From assembly GCF_037042905.1 (NCBI RefSeq), contig NC_087251.1:38504001-38568000 (forward strand): DNA of 64,000 nucleotides, in the 5' to 3' direction. A model generated the notes under the pieces. It was not told the origin of the DNA, searched no databases, and saw only the letters and a list, made by a program, of their open reading frames with translations. The stretch comes from Lytechinus pictus. Taxonomy: Eukaryota. The position numbers were made by a program, and so were the translations under genes. This document shows, in pieces, positions 25,701 to 40,700 of this stretch (its first letter is position 1; each line of letters starts with the position of its first letter).

Positions 25701-28700
25701 AACGCGAAGCGCAAAATTTTAGCCTATATAGTACATGATAATTTTTTTTACCTGGTTGCTAAGAAAGCATGAATGCTTGTAAGCAAGCAACCAGAGGACC
25801 GACCGCTTAAGGTCCTCTCCAAGGGACCTGGTAGGCATAATGACTATTATGCCTTACCAAGGGGCACTAACGCACCAATTAGGAATCGAATCCGGGTCAT
25901 CGGAATCAGAAACCCCCGCTTTACCGACTGAGCTATCGCGCCTCTTTTGAGACATGAAAGATTTTTTTTTTAATTTTCAAAGTTTTCACCTCACCCTATT
26001 TTATTCACTCTTCTGTCTCCTCTTATTTTTCCTCATTTTCCCTCCTCTCTTTCCCCTTCTTTTCCCTTTTCTTCGTTCCCCTTCCTTTTTTATGCGGGGG
26101 GGGGGGGGGGGGGGGGGGGAACCGGGCCTTTCCCTGCCTATGCCCTGTCGGCGGATGGTAAAGGGTTTTTTTGCGCTCGCGAGCTGATCTGAACCACAAA
26201 GCAGGAGTAGTACTGCAACAAGTCGGCAATGATACATATAGTCACCGTAGAGGTCTAGTGCCAGTAGACCATTATGGTTATAAGATAAAATGAATATGCC
26301 TATTGGACGAAATGATGATTAGACGAGATGGTGATTGGACCTATTGGTGATTGGACCCATGGCAAATCTACCAAATGATTGTTAGCCGAAAAGGGTTTAG
26401 ACAAATTGATAGTGAACCAACTGAAGTTAGACCAAATGGAACGTGGACGAAATGAGAGTAGACCAAAAGGTTATTAGACCAATTGGCTATTAGACCAAAA
26501 GGTAATAGAAGTAATGATATCAGACAAAGTGGATATTGGACCAATTGAAAAAATACAATTAGACTAAATGATAATAAACAAAACGGCTATTAGACCAACT
26601 GGCTATTAGACGAGATGGTAATTAGACGAAATGGTTATTATGTTGATAGTTGACTAACTAATGGTAGACGAAATGATATCAGACCATGCGATAGTGGGGA
26701 AAAAGGCAGTAGACGAAATGGCAATAAACCGATAAATATCCATACAAAGAGTAATCCTGATTTCCAAATCACTTAATTCTCTTTCTCGTGTCTCAAAATA
26801 CTTAGTGAAAGCATATTTTATATCTTATCTGTAGCTCGAGTCCTGAAGAAAATACCGCTGTGACATTATGCGTTGACAATTTGCTGCGACATTATGCGTT
26901 GCGACATGTGACGTTATGCGTTAGAAAAACTACGACATTATGCGTTGACTGCGACATTATGCGTTGGACGCTCTTGGCATAATGTCGCAATCTGCAACAT
27001 TATGCGTTAGAAAAACTACGACATTATGCGTTGACTGCGACATTATGCGTCGGACGCTCTTGGCATAATGTCGCAATCTGCGATATTATGCGTTGGTGCG
27101 ACATTATCGGTTGTAACAAGCCTGGGCTTATTATCATGATTGTTCCCTTTATTTATTTTCAATAAAAGCTGATTAATTTCATTTTCAAAATGTATTATTT
27201 TTTAGCTTGGAAAGGAGACTCTTGATAAATAGATATAGTCCATCACTATTAACGATGGACAAGCTTTGCTTTCCATTTACAAGAGGAAAATCCTGTTTTC
27301 TTTAAATATCTGTTAGGATACCAGCCAACAATATGGTTAAGAACAGGGGCACAGTACTGGTTTTTCTTCCTGGTGAGTATAGATCATATAACATACTTTG
27401 TCTAGTGGTTCTGACTTTTCAGTCAGAGGGTCATGGGTTCAATATACCATGGCATGTATTTCTTCAGCAAGAAATTTATCCACATTGTGCTGCACCCAAC
27501 CATGGTGTAATGGGTACCCAGAAGGATTTATTTCTTGAATGCACTGAGCACTGGAAGGCAGCTCGAGCTAAACCCAGGGTAGTTTTTGAATAGTAATAAT
27601 AATAGTGCACCTTGGAACAGATGGTATCAAGATCTAGACAACATTATATTAACACCTATTTTCATATAAATACTCCCATTCCAAGTTAAGTAAGAGTGTA
27701 ACTTGTTTTATCGTTATCACCATGCCTGAGGTATGATGTAATGCATTTTGTTCAAGGATTGGTTCAATGTTTGATATGTATCAGACAGGCAACGGCAAAC
27801 ATATTGGCCCGAATTCACAAAGGTGGTTTTGAAAACCCACGGTTGGGTCCATTGATTATGCAAATTTCCCGTATAAATTACGCTTAATTTACCGCGTATA
27901 TTAAAAATGTCCAATGCTCATGCGCTTTTTTGTCACAGTGCGCCAAATTGACGCCTGTTGCCATGGTTATCCACGCTATTTTATTCATGAGTCCACTGTT
28001 TTTAATAAAAAAGTGTATCTTACTATTTTAACAGGTGTCAATTTGGTGCACTGTGACAAAAGCGCGCATCAGCATTGGAATTTTTTATACACGCGCCCGA
28101 TACGTGGTAAATTAAGCGTAATTTATACAGGAAATCTGTTTAAACCATGGATTAAACCGTGGGTTTTCAAAACCACCTTTGTGAATTCGGGCCATTAATT
28201 TCAAAATGAAGATAGTCACATGGTCATATAATTTTTTAGGTTGGAATCCTTAAGTGGATGACATCTACAGTATCAGTCCTTGTAAACAATGTAAGACAAG
28301 TTTTTAATTTTTAGGAAACAAGCATTGATTTAAAAGAGAAATTGTGATTCTAATGAGATTATGCCATCTCTAATGTTTCCCTTGTTTAAAAAATACAAAT
28401 CGGGTAAATCAAATGGTTTTATTGTACATGAATGAAATTGGAATTCAACTTTTGATTAAACAATGGTAATTATTGGTGTTAATATTTGCTTCATACAGTA
28501 TTTTGCATGAAAAAAAGAAATGGCCACAGGCTGGAACATTCACTTTAAAAGTTGATATGCATAACATGAAAAAGAAGAAACATTACATGTAAAAAGCTAA
28601 TGCACAAGTAACCTAGGCAATGGAAATACAGTTCCTGATCAAAAGAAGGAAAGTTGGATCCAAGCATTATTGCAATCTCTTTGATATTTTGTTTTGTTTT

Positions 28701-31700
28701 TCCATGTAGGAATCAGAGAAATTCAAGAGTTTGAGAAGTTGCTCCCCGGACAAGGATCTAAGGAGAGGTGGGAATGAAAATGCTGTTGCATAATTATTTT
28801 TTATCGTTCTTTTTTTTAATATTAAAGTTAACAATGATTTCATGAGAAAGTCTCTAAAACTAAAGTTAACTGTCACTCTATCATTAAAAAAAGACCTGAC
28901 TTTGTGCTTGATTTCATGATTGATTTGCTAATTTCTCAGTAATTACACAATTTCTTCCTTTAGTTCCGGATTCCTTTGGCACATATTTTATATTTATACA
29001 TACAGATACTTAATTGATCATTTTATTAGATTCTGTACAAAGTAATTTTGAAGTTGTTACCACAACTTGCATTTATGTGTAAGTTCATTTTTGTCTCACC
29101 TGCATAGCAGAGTGAGACTATAGGCGACGCTTTTCCGGCGGCGGCGTCAACATCAAATCTTAACCAAAGGTTAAGTTTTTGAAATGACAGCATAACTTAG
29201 AAATTATATGGACCTAGTTCATGAAACTTGGCCATAAGGGTTATCAAGTATCACTGAAGTATCACTGAACATCCTGGCTGAGTTTCAGTTCACATTACCA
29301 AGGTCAAAGGTCATTTAGGGTCATTGAACTTAGACCATGTTGGGGGAATCAATATTGAAATCTTAACCAAGGTTAAGTTTTTGAAACATCGTCATAACTT
29401 AAAAAGTATTTGGACTTAGTTCGTGAAACTTGGACATCAGGGTGATTGTGTATCCCTGAAGATCCTGCCTGAGTTTAAAGTCACATGACCAAGGTCAAAG
29501 GCCACTAAAGGTCAACAAACTTTGACCGTGGTTGGGGTATTTGTGGAATTGTCATCATAACTTTAAAAGTTTATAGCATAGTTCATGAAACTTGGACATA
29601 AGAATATACTGTGTGTGTTCCAGGTCATGTGACCAAGATCAAAGGTCATTTAAGGTCAATGAACTTTGGCTGTGTTGGTGGTATTTGTTTAATTGGCATC
29701 AGAACTTAGAAAGTTTATGGATCTACACATGTAGTTCATGAAACATAGATATAAGGGTAATCAAGTATAAATTATTGTTTTGCACACGTCTTAGGTCACA
29801 TGATCATAGTCAAAGTTCATGTTGGGTCAATGGACATAGTATTTTATTATCATACACCTGTATGAGTGTTTTCTTTTGTAAATAATTATTCAATAGCTGT
29901 TTTCAAAGTCAGCACTGCTGCTATATTGAATCACGTAATGCAGGCGAGACAGCCAGAGGCGTTCCACTTGTTTCAGAAAAAAAATTAGTGCAAATATGTG
30001 TATTATACTACGTCACAGGGGAAAAACATACACAAGCATTCAGTGCTTCAAAGAGCCCTTGAAAAAAAAAAAAAAAAGAGCTCGGAAAATCTTCATTCAT
30101 TACCATGTTAAAGTTTATCCAATATAGCAGATTCAGGCAGTAGGTTATGAAAAGTAGCCCCTGAAAATAAAAAATGATTTTTTTTTTACCTGCTACATCA
30201 CGATGCAAGGTGGGCACAGGGCACTGTGACATGGTATGCAATTCATGCATAAGATTGTTCTGCGCTGCTTCTCAAACCAGTTCAAACTGGTTCACATAAA
30301 TGTTGCCCACTGCTGCATTTACACACAGAGTCAACGGGAAATCTCAAAAGAGATAGATTACGGTATCATAATTGCTCACTGTGGAATCAGAGATTGCAAA
30401 ATATAGAAAATCGCAGATTGAAGAAAACACCTTCCTTAGATAATGATTGGTTATATTTGAATGTGAATCCATAAAATATTGACCTAACTTTGTGTGCATT
30501 CATTTCATGAGATTATTGGAGCTTCTTACATGGGATTATTTTTAATTGTGGAAGAAGCCTTAGAAAATTAACTTACATGTAAGTAAAAGAATATAAAGCT
30601 GTTTTTTAATGAACCAATTTAGTAATGATTCTTGAAGGAGCTTTTATTTTGATTACACAGAGACTATTGTTCTCTTCTTAACTAGTCTGCTTTACTTCTG
30701 TTTGTATTTGTGGAATAAGTTCAGTTAAAAAGTTTATACTGACAGTTATGTTGAAATGAATATTTGGTTGTTGAAGACTTGCGACATTAGCTTAGGTTGA
30801 CTATCTTAATAGGTATAAACATACAAAAGATAAAATGGTAGACCAGATTATTTAATTTAACTGTGGACTTTGGTATTCAATTCAATTTAAATGAACATTT
30901 ATTTTCTTCCATTTCAAACCATTTTTCATAAACATTGATTCATACAAAAATCAAATTGTTATGAGGAATATAAATATGTACATCTTTGGTTCAAAGAAGA
31001 AGGCGTATACCCTAAAAGCCGAGGCTTGTGGCGGGATACGCCTATAGACAAAAATACAATACAAAAAACAATACAAAGGAAAGGCAGAGAAAAGAAGAGA
31101 AGGAAAGGGAACGAGAGAGGGAGACGTGAGCGGGGAGGCGGACATGAATTACTTTATAAAATAGAATGCTCAACAAATGTATCAGTGGGGGCAAAATATA
31201 AATGTCGCAACAACAATTGTCCATGGTTCATGTTAACTTAAAGTCAAAAGGAAATGTAAGGTGGAAAATATTCATATATAAAATGACAGAAGCAGTTTTT
31301 TCATTTTATACTTAAAGCTAGTTGACGATAGAGATTGTTTTATGTAATCCGGAATTTCGTTCCATATTTTGGGGCCAGTATAACAAATGTTGTGTTGGAA
31401 GATTATTTTTTTATGTTTGGGAATGAATTGATTATTTGAGCGGGTATCAAAATAATGTATGTTGGAAACATGCGTAAACAAATCACAAAATTTATGGGGA
31501 ATTTGATGATTGAAACACCTGTAGAGAAAATGACATTGTTGAAGTTTATTGATGTCGTCTAATTTCAACAATGTTAGGGAATGAAACAAATTTTAGTATT
31601 TGCTAGTGGTATATTGTCGTCTGGAGAAATAATATGCACAATTTTATTTTGAAGGGAACATAATTTCTTAAGATGGGTTTGGTATGTGTTCGCCCAGACC

Positions 31701-34700
31701 AAATTACAGTAATAAAAATATGGCAAGATTAAAGAGCAATATAATGTACGCAATACAGTTTTAGACAAGTAAAAACTTAGGCGATGTATTCCGATATTTT
31801 TTGCAACTTTGTTCTCAATTTCATTCATGTGATGTATCCATGTTAAATTACTATCAATGATAACGCCAAGAAACCTAGTATTTTCAACTCCGGGAATAAT
31901 TTGGTTGTTAAGTTTTACCACTACATGATTAAGATCAATACGCCTTGTGGAGTTACGGAATATAGTGTAATTGCATTTTTTATAGTTAATGGTAAGCTTG
32001 TTTGCACAAAACCATTTACAAACATTTGTTATTTCAGTATTTACAGTTTCACACAAGTGATAAAGATTTCTATCAGAATAAACAATATTGGTATCGTCGG
32101 CGTACATGATAAAGGAAAGGAGATTTGACGAACGATAAATGTCATTAATAAATAAAATAAACAAAAGTGGGCCAAGTAATGACCCTTGTGGTACTCCACA
32201 TTCAATTGTCCTAAATTCAGACTGAACGGAGTTATAAACGGTGCATTGTTTACGATTTGAGAGGTAACTAGAAAAAAGGTCGAGGGCAGTTCCACGAATA
32301 CCATAGTTAGTTTTGATAAAAGTATATTATGATTAATTGTGTCAAACGCCTTTGACAAGTCAATAAATATCCCTATTGCGAATGAGTCGTGCTCAAAGGA
32401 GTCAATTATAGTATTTGTTGATTCTAAAAGAGCTAGTTCTGTTGAGTGGTCACTACGAAATCCGTATTGAGATTCAAAAAGACACTTGTTATTTTCAAGA
32501 AAATTATAGGCCCTTTTATAAATAATCTTTTCCAATATTTTAGAAAATATAGAAAGCACTGATATGGGTCTATAATTACCGATCTGCTCTGTGTCACCAG
32601 TTTTAAAAATTGGAGAAACTCGCGCAATTTTCATTTTATCAGGAAATGCCCCAGAGGTTAACGATAGATTGAATGTATGACATAAAGGTTCGCTGATTAA
32701 TTCGATTACAAGTTTAACAATCTTAGGTGAGCATTCATCAAGACCCGGGGCTTTATTGTTATCGAAACGCATGACAATGTTACATATTTCACGTTGGCTT
32801 ACCGGATTTAAAAACAAAGATTTTGAATTTGGTTCAGATAGATAAGTTCTGAAATCTGTATTATTTTGAGGAGTGATATTAGCTAACTATTGTCAAACCA
32901 ATCCTTTTTTTTTCAAGATATTACTTGTTATTCAGAGATCAAAGTGTGATACAGGTATCTTCCATCATTGATAATGATAATGTTAGGTCCATTTACGTTG
33001 GTGCTCAAACGTTAATGAAGCCCACCAAAAAATGAATATATTTAAAGTATTCAAGTTTTGTCATGTTTTAGATATTTAATTGTGAAATTAGGTAGTAAAA
33101 TATTACATTCAATAAAGTTTGTTTCTCTGGGCTTGCTGAACATCGTAGTATTGTCTATATTCAACACTCTGTGTATGAAGGATGAGCACAACTTTATATA
33201 GTGCAGCTATTATATTCCTAACTCTACTATTAAAGCTGAAAACATTGTATCATATTATTGACGAGGATATTTTCCTAATTCTACATATAAAGTGAGGTAT
33301 TTTGTGCTGCATGCTGAGTAAATGAAAACCATAATGATAGTGCTGCAAGTCAGGCGCCATGTTCGGGTTCGGTTCGGTTCGGCAAGGTTCGGCAGAAAAT
33401 TGCCGAACATTGGTTCGGTTCGGGGTTCGGTAATGATAGACTGATAAAGTTATAGTTCATTCAGGTATACGTAGCGTACCGGTAGACAAGTTGTACTTGA
33501 TTGACTGCATGTGCTCGCGTGTCCTCTGTCACATCAAACCATTTTATCTCTATCTTGTTGACATGAAACTATGAAAGTTATAGCGCTCAACGAATCAACT
33601 GTTATCTCGAATTTGATTATCTGATGACAGATTTATTGGGTAACTCACAGTTCTAAAATGGCGACTCTTCCTCGTCGTCCATACCTGGACCACACTTTGG
33701 ATACTTGCCAAATTAACTACGCTCGCACTCGTACCAGTACCGGCTAGGCCAGCGCATGCAGTCCCCTTGTAGCGGGACTCTGAGCTCATGAATATTTATA
33801 TTTACAGTCCGGCCAAACGTGATTGGCCATTGAATCACATACGAGGCGGCCAGCGCCAGTGCACTGAACTGCAGGCATAGTAGGGCCAGGGGCGTGTCGA
33901 AGAAAGCGTGCTTATGTAATGCGCCTTTCGCTAATTGGCTCGATGGGTGAACTAAACCACCAATCGCATGTCGCTGATTGTCGCATTGGTACATACAGCC
34001 ACGTGCTTTGTCTGCCCGCGAAACTCAGCTCACCGATTGAAGAGCAATTGCCGAGATTTCTATGATTTTATTGGTCAGATTTCATTCGACCATGAACATA
34101 CAGACCAAGTGGGATGCAAAGTTTTACGACTGTAATGGGACAGGGGGAGTAGAGTGATCATCGAATTGTTTATGGTTAATTTGAGAAGTTGATAAGAAAG
34201 GGAAAAAAGTAAAGATTGGGGGTCATTTTCCCCCAAGAGATGACTGTTTCCGCTTTATCTTCATTCAACTTTTCAACGAGGGGAAGGGGATCTTGCTATA
34301 TGCTATACCGTAATCATTCATGAGTGTTTGATTTTTATTTTCATCTGATTGTTAATAATAAAAAAGATAACTTCACCTCATCTCATTTCTATATTATTTG
34401 TTTTGCGTCTCTCCTTTCCATCTCTAACAGTCACTCACTTTATTTCCCACTTTCACTGGATCTCTCGTTTTCAAAACTCTTTACTTCTCTCTAAAATCAT
34501 GAAAACTAGACAGTAGCGAGCCGACACCTCAATAATAATGTTAATCACCTCAATCAGATCTTTATTCTTCGCCGCAACAATAAACGAGTTATGATCTTAA
34601 TCACGTATCGTAATTCGTAATATTAATGGTACTTCATCTTTCACTTTCAGTTTATTGAGCTCGTTCATTCAAAATACTTTGAAGATTTTCAAACAAGAAT

Positions 34701-37700
34701 CTTGTTCGCCACCAAAAAACAACAATATTTAAATAATTAGATTTAACCAATGAACACTCATACAGTTTTGGTTTTCTTTACCATGCTTCGGCGATTCGGC
34801 CACAGAGCGAGAGATGATGAAAGCCAGTAAAATGATTATAGCGCAAGCTCGCGCAACATCATTCATCGGATCTCCTTTCTTAATCAGGGCCGTAAAAACC
34901 ACAATGTCAACATGAAAATGAAAACAAAATCTAGTAACCGCAAAATAAGCGCATACTTCCAACATACAATTGCAAAGAAGATTAGAGAATGCGCAAATAT
35001 TATGATTAGAAAGGGTGTAAACTTATAAATTTATTAGCTGAAAGCCCTTTTTTTTTTTTTTGCCGAACTTCCGAACCAAGTCTTAGTGTTCGGTTCGGTT
35101 CTGTTCGGTTCGGAAGTGCCATGTTCGGCGAACTACCGTTCGGTTCGGCGGTTCGGCTACAGCACTACATAATGATATTCCATCTTTTTTTTTGGGGTGA
35201 GAAGTTTATATGTAATGTGGTAGTCATGTCTTGTTTTTTAATATAACCATATAACATTTATGTATTTTGAAGGGCAAATCTTTAATATGCTGATTAAGGT
35301 TTTCATAAAATTGTAATTGGATCATTTAAGTAATTGTTAATTAAAAACATCAATATACTACTTTTCCAATATGATAAGAACCTGATAGTAGTTAACTTTT
35401 TTAATTTGTCCGATTAAATCCTTCTTACAGACTTGTCGTCATTCCTCTGCATTCGTCCATCACAACTCAAGAACAAGCGAGGGCGTTTATCAGGCCAGAG
35501 GAAGGATTTCGTAAGGTCATCCTCTCGACAAACATTGCAGAGAGTTCTATAACTGTTCCTGATATCAAATATGGTATGTTGCACTCTGCTTTCATGGCTG
35601 AATGGATTATTAATCATTTCAATTTTTCTAATATAATACAAAAAACCTGAAATTCAAACAATAGAATTGAAAGCATCCCAGTAATTTTGTTAGCATGAGT
35701 TTATAAATGGGAAAGTATAGGAAGAGAAATATGGGGAAACAAAAAGCTGCAGTGAGCTTGAATAGAGGTTAGCCCAGTACGTTGTGATGACGATGGCAGA
35801 AAAATAAAAATGGTTCACAAAGTTATATTGCTCATGTAGGCAAGTAATGATCAAGTATGTGTACAAGAAAAAAACAATTTATCCCAAACAAATTTTTTTA
35901 ATGTAATATGATAATTTTTATGAATATTTAATTTTCATATGTCCACATTTCTGTATTTCCATATTTCTTTATTTCCTAATAGACACCTTGTGGTTTTTCA
36001 TTAAAATTTCGGTTTACTTTTCAAATGACAGGGATGTGGCAATCATTTTTCTTACTATGTAGACCACATCAGCTAAATACTAAATTATCTATTTTGATGA
36101 TGTAAATTACTAACAAACAGTCAGGATGTAGAGTATATTTTTGGTCCAAATTTAATGGACATAATTGGAATTACAGACACTCATATAACTCATGTGGCAC
36201 ATCCATTTGTTTGTAAAAGCATACTCACGTGTCAGTAGGGGATGATGATAATGATAAAAATATTCTGCCCTTGTGTCGTTCATGTCACTTCATGTAACAT
36301 CTCTAGACACTTCCAAAGTACTTTTTAAGGAGAATAATTATTGACTTTTTGTTGATATTTCCTTTCATGCTAGTGATTGATTTCATGTTGCTGAAGTGTT
36401 TGGTATGTGATGTAGAGACAAACTATCAGAGTCTACAACTCAACTGGGCTTCTAAGGCAAACGCTCAACAGAGGAAAGGTAATCCTGTTTCATAATAATT
36501 TCATTTTTTTCTTGTATTTAACATCCAAAAAGGAAGCATTGCAATGACTTTGCATATGGTATATTATAATCATACAAACAATGTAAATTGAGATTGACAT
36601 AATATTTTTTTCCATGAGTGCACATAACACAATATAAGAGCAAAGTATCAATATCTGTGAAATTGGAGGGATCTACTAAAAAGCAAATGCTGCTTGTAAT
36701 TGCCAAGCTCCAAGTTTTATTTATTTAATGAATGAAATGAGTTCTTGGTTTGATTTAAAGAATTGAGGGTTCTTCACCCGTCTTTCGCCATTTCTTGTTT
36801 AGATACTTATTTTGGTATAATAATCCAAACAGTAATTTTGTGAACAGGCAAATTACTTTAACAGCAAACAATATGTCTTTAGAAAAAAGTATTATGATAA
36901 AAAAAAAAGGCGTAACTTATTTAGAACATGAGAATATAATTGCCATGATAAACACTACACCAAGACTTTACTCTAAAATATATTAGAATTTAATCCTGAT
37001 GTGAAATGCAGTAAATAGTTTAAAAAAAACACTACCTGCCTTTTCAGCATCTCCATTAGGGTACTTTCTTAATTTTGTCCAATTTTGCTGTGAATTCTAA
37101 GATCCCTTCTGAAAACGATCCTTTATATTTTAGGTCGTGCTGGTCGTGTGTCTTCAGGACGAGTCTATAGACTGGTACACAAGGCCTTCTACGAAGAATA
37201 CATTGATGAGTTCGCAATCCCGGAGATATTGGTGAGAAGTGATCATTTGACAATTCAATCCAATATTGAATATAAACGAAATACAATACAGTTGGCTGAA
37301 TACCTATAATGCATTCTTTACATTGAAATATGATTAACATCTGAAAATCAATTGACATTTTACAAATTACTACGTGCAAACGTAACTCAAAACAGATGGA
37401 TTTATTTTACCCTACTATCATCTTATTAGAATTCAAGAAATGAGCAATATTTGCTTTAAATTTGCCGATAGATATGATATAAAGTCAAAAGGAACACAAA
37501 TGGAATTAAGAAATTCATTCATTTTTTGTTGCTGACCTGCGTCTCGTTGCAGAAAGAGCTGCAATCAAACGCAACTCAAAAAAATTGTACGCAACTTGAT
37601 TTTCAACCAATCAAAAGCGCGCATTTGGGACTTGCGCTTGATATTTTGACTTGCGTTTAAACACAACTCTTTCTGCAACGGGCCCCTGGACCTGTAACAC

Positions 37701-40700
37701 AAAGCTAAGTGTATGATTGTATAGTTGGTTTGTGTGCTTGATTGCATATAATAATCATTACAATCAATCACAAAAATCAGGCCTTTAATCAATCACTGAC
37801 CACGCTCTGAATGTGTATGTATCGCTAATTATGAATTAGCTTCTTTTGGCAAATGACAAAACCTTGAAAGGAAGGTCCTTATGGATTATATTTTTAGATG
37901 TCATTTGCCTGAAGGAGCCGATCGATAATTGGCAAACGTTGCAAAAATGGGTTGTTATTCCCAGTTTTTCAATTGAAAGGTTTTCATTTTGAACACAACT
38001 GGATGAATGAAATGAATTTGAATAAGTTTATCCTGTTAACTTCTTTCTGCAGCGTTGTCCATTGGAGCAGCTGATTCTGCAGGTGAAGGTCTTGGACCTT
38101 GGAGAACCCAAGGCTATCCTGGCCTTGGCCTTGGAACCACCTAACCTGGACAACATTGAGAAGACTATTCTACTCCTCAAAGAGGTAAGATCATATTACT
38201 ACAGTCTGCAATAGCAGTGTTTTGTTTTGTGTGTTTTTAGAAAGAAATCCAAGGTAACAATGGTCATTTTAAACCTTAAGGTATATCTGTCTTGTAATAG
38301 ATATAATACTGTTTGAGGGATCAACTTAAAACTTGGCTCATGTATAAGTTGTAAATGTCCTTTGTCTGGCAGTGGCGGAGGCATGAATTTTCAACTGCAT
38401 GCAGTCAAGAATCTCACCAGCTAAAAGAATTGTTGCAATCTATCAAGAATTGTACACTTACCCTTCGCTGTCAGTAACTGTTCTATCTCTGTGACTTACA
38501 GGTTGGAGGTCTCACCACAGTACGGTCCAATGTTGCAAATCCTCATGATGGTGATCTGACATTTGTGGGGAGCATCCTTGCATCCCTTCCTGTAGACATA
38601 CGCATTGGCAAACTCCTGGTTCTGGGTCATGTCTTTGGTTGTCTCAAAGAATGTCTGGTTATAGGTAAGTAGAGTCAAGGCTTAAGGTACTGTACAGTAT
38701 GTAGTAAATGCGTGGAACCCAAAATTAAAGCAGAGCTTGGAGAAAAATTAGGTTTCCAATGGGAGAAACAAACGTGGTTACAGTAAGCGATATAACGTAA
38801 TACAGAATAGATATAATTTGATTGCATTTTTATTTTTTGTGGTTATTTGTTGATTCCTTACAGGGGCTGGTCTGTCTCTTAAAAGCTTCTTCTCACAGCC
38901 ATACAAGAGGGCTCTTGAAGCATACAAGTGAGTATGAAAGATGTGTGAAACCTGGGTCTTGAGCCTGTTTCATTATAACTCTGCCGTTATAGTATTTACC
39001 ATCAAAACCTTGAGTGTGATTGGCTGCTGAGCTGTGTTATGATGGTAAAGTTACAATAGTTTATGAAATGGTCCTTATGCCTCATAGAGCTTTTAAGCAA
39101 GGCAAATTCCTGTCTGCTGTTAAGAGCTACTAAAATCCTGTAATCCAATTGGTCAGGAGCAAATATAATATTTATTATTGATATCATTTTTTTTAAACAA
39201 CGAACTAGCTCTTAGAAAATTCTACATTCATTAAAAAAAGAGAAATAAGTGTTGCAGCTCTTCTATCTGATTTAAAGTGACAATTAAGAATTAATGATTT
39301 CGTTTGGAATGATTTTTGTCTGGAGTTGCATTAAAAATTTCCACGAATTAACCAACATAATATTAACAATAACGTCTCATGGAGACACAATTATAATCAA
39401 ATATAAATGTCATGTAATAAAAAGTTCTAACCATACATTATGTGAAAGCTTTCATGAATACCATTATGTCATGCTACCACATATCTTACATGTATCTTAT
39501 GGATCAGTGAATAAATATCCAGACTTAGGCAAGGTGTTAATCTATATTTGCCACTGTCCACCCTGGTATAGTAAATGGGTACCCTTTAGGAAGGAACTCC
39601 TAGAATGCTAGAGCGCCTCCAGCTTGCCATGCTTAAGCTTGGGTAATGTTGTATTTGGGCTATATTAATCTTGCCTATTGTTATTATTATTGTTAATTAA
39701 AACCTGTAAACAAGTTTAATCTAACCACTGTATTGCCTGCTTAGCTTTCCAACTTATTGCTTTAACTAAATGCATGTGACAAGCTTAGATCAGGGCCCCT
39801 TCTCACAAAGAGTTGTTATTGATCGATTCCATCCCATCTTTGGTAACCCATCAATGTCATAATTCATCAGATAGCAAATGAACATTATGTCTCTTTAGAA
39901 AATAATGCATAGTTGTGATTCATCTGATCAATCCCAACTCTTTGTAAGACAGACCCTGGATATCATTTCTTGTCTCTGTTTCAGGTCCAAGTTGAAGTGG
40001 GATTCAGGAAGTTTCAGTGATCCCATTGCTATCCTAAATGCATACAGAGAGTGGGAAAGATGTAAAGACAATGGATTCTTTGCTCGTAGTAGAAGGGTAA
40101 GGAATATTATTTATATTGTGAATTGAATCGTTTAATATATAAATAATTATTATCTTTGTCTTCGCTTGATACATTATTAGATAACCTTGTCACGTGGGAA
40201 GTGACTTTTTTTTAATTATTTACTTACTGCTGCTTGACACCAAATAAAGAATACGTAGAACTGATGAATACAGTTATTAAAAAGATTTAATCATATCTCT
40301 TCAATCTTTCTGATGTTCTCTTTTGATGGTTTTACAATAATTTGTACATGAAAATATACACAGATATAACAAAATACAACTTAACTTAACGGTAATCGTT
40401 GACTCTAGCCCCTATCATCTCATCTGGCCTGACATGCCCCACTCGGCCCTGGTGGTCGGTCCAGTTCCTGGCCTCCGCAGCTAGCGATGTCTCTTCCACT
40501 CGGCCTCGGCCTCCGCAGACTGTTGCCCCTCGATGAGTAGCCCTCAGATCAAAGATGTGGCTTCAACGAATTAGTGGACGAGATCGAGCCCCCAATGATG
40601 ACATGAGTTTTGACGAAACATGTCGGTGGAGAACCGGTGGCAGCTGGGGTCGTTATCTCGTCACCGACGTAGTCCCTTCAGTTATAACTTAGACTGCCTA

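Larger units (their letters stand above)
24026..27118. mobile_element. 3.1-kb fold-back element with TGT...ACA ends (Ginger-like, tentative)
   Basis: TGTTACAAC...GTTGTAACA; ~700-800-bp inverted arms built from AACGCATAATGTCGC and TAGACCAA repeats; flanks GGCCT/AGCCT. Confidence 0.85.
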
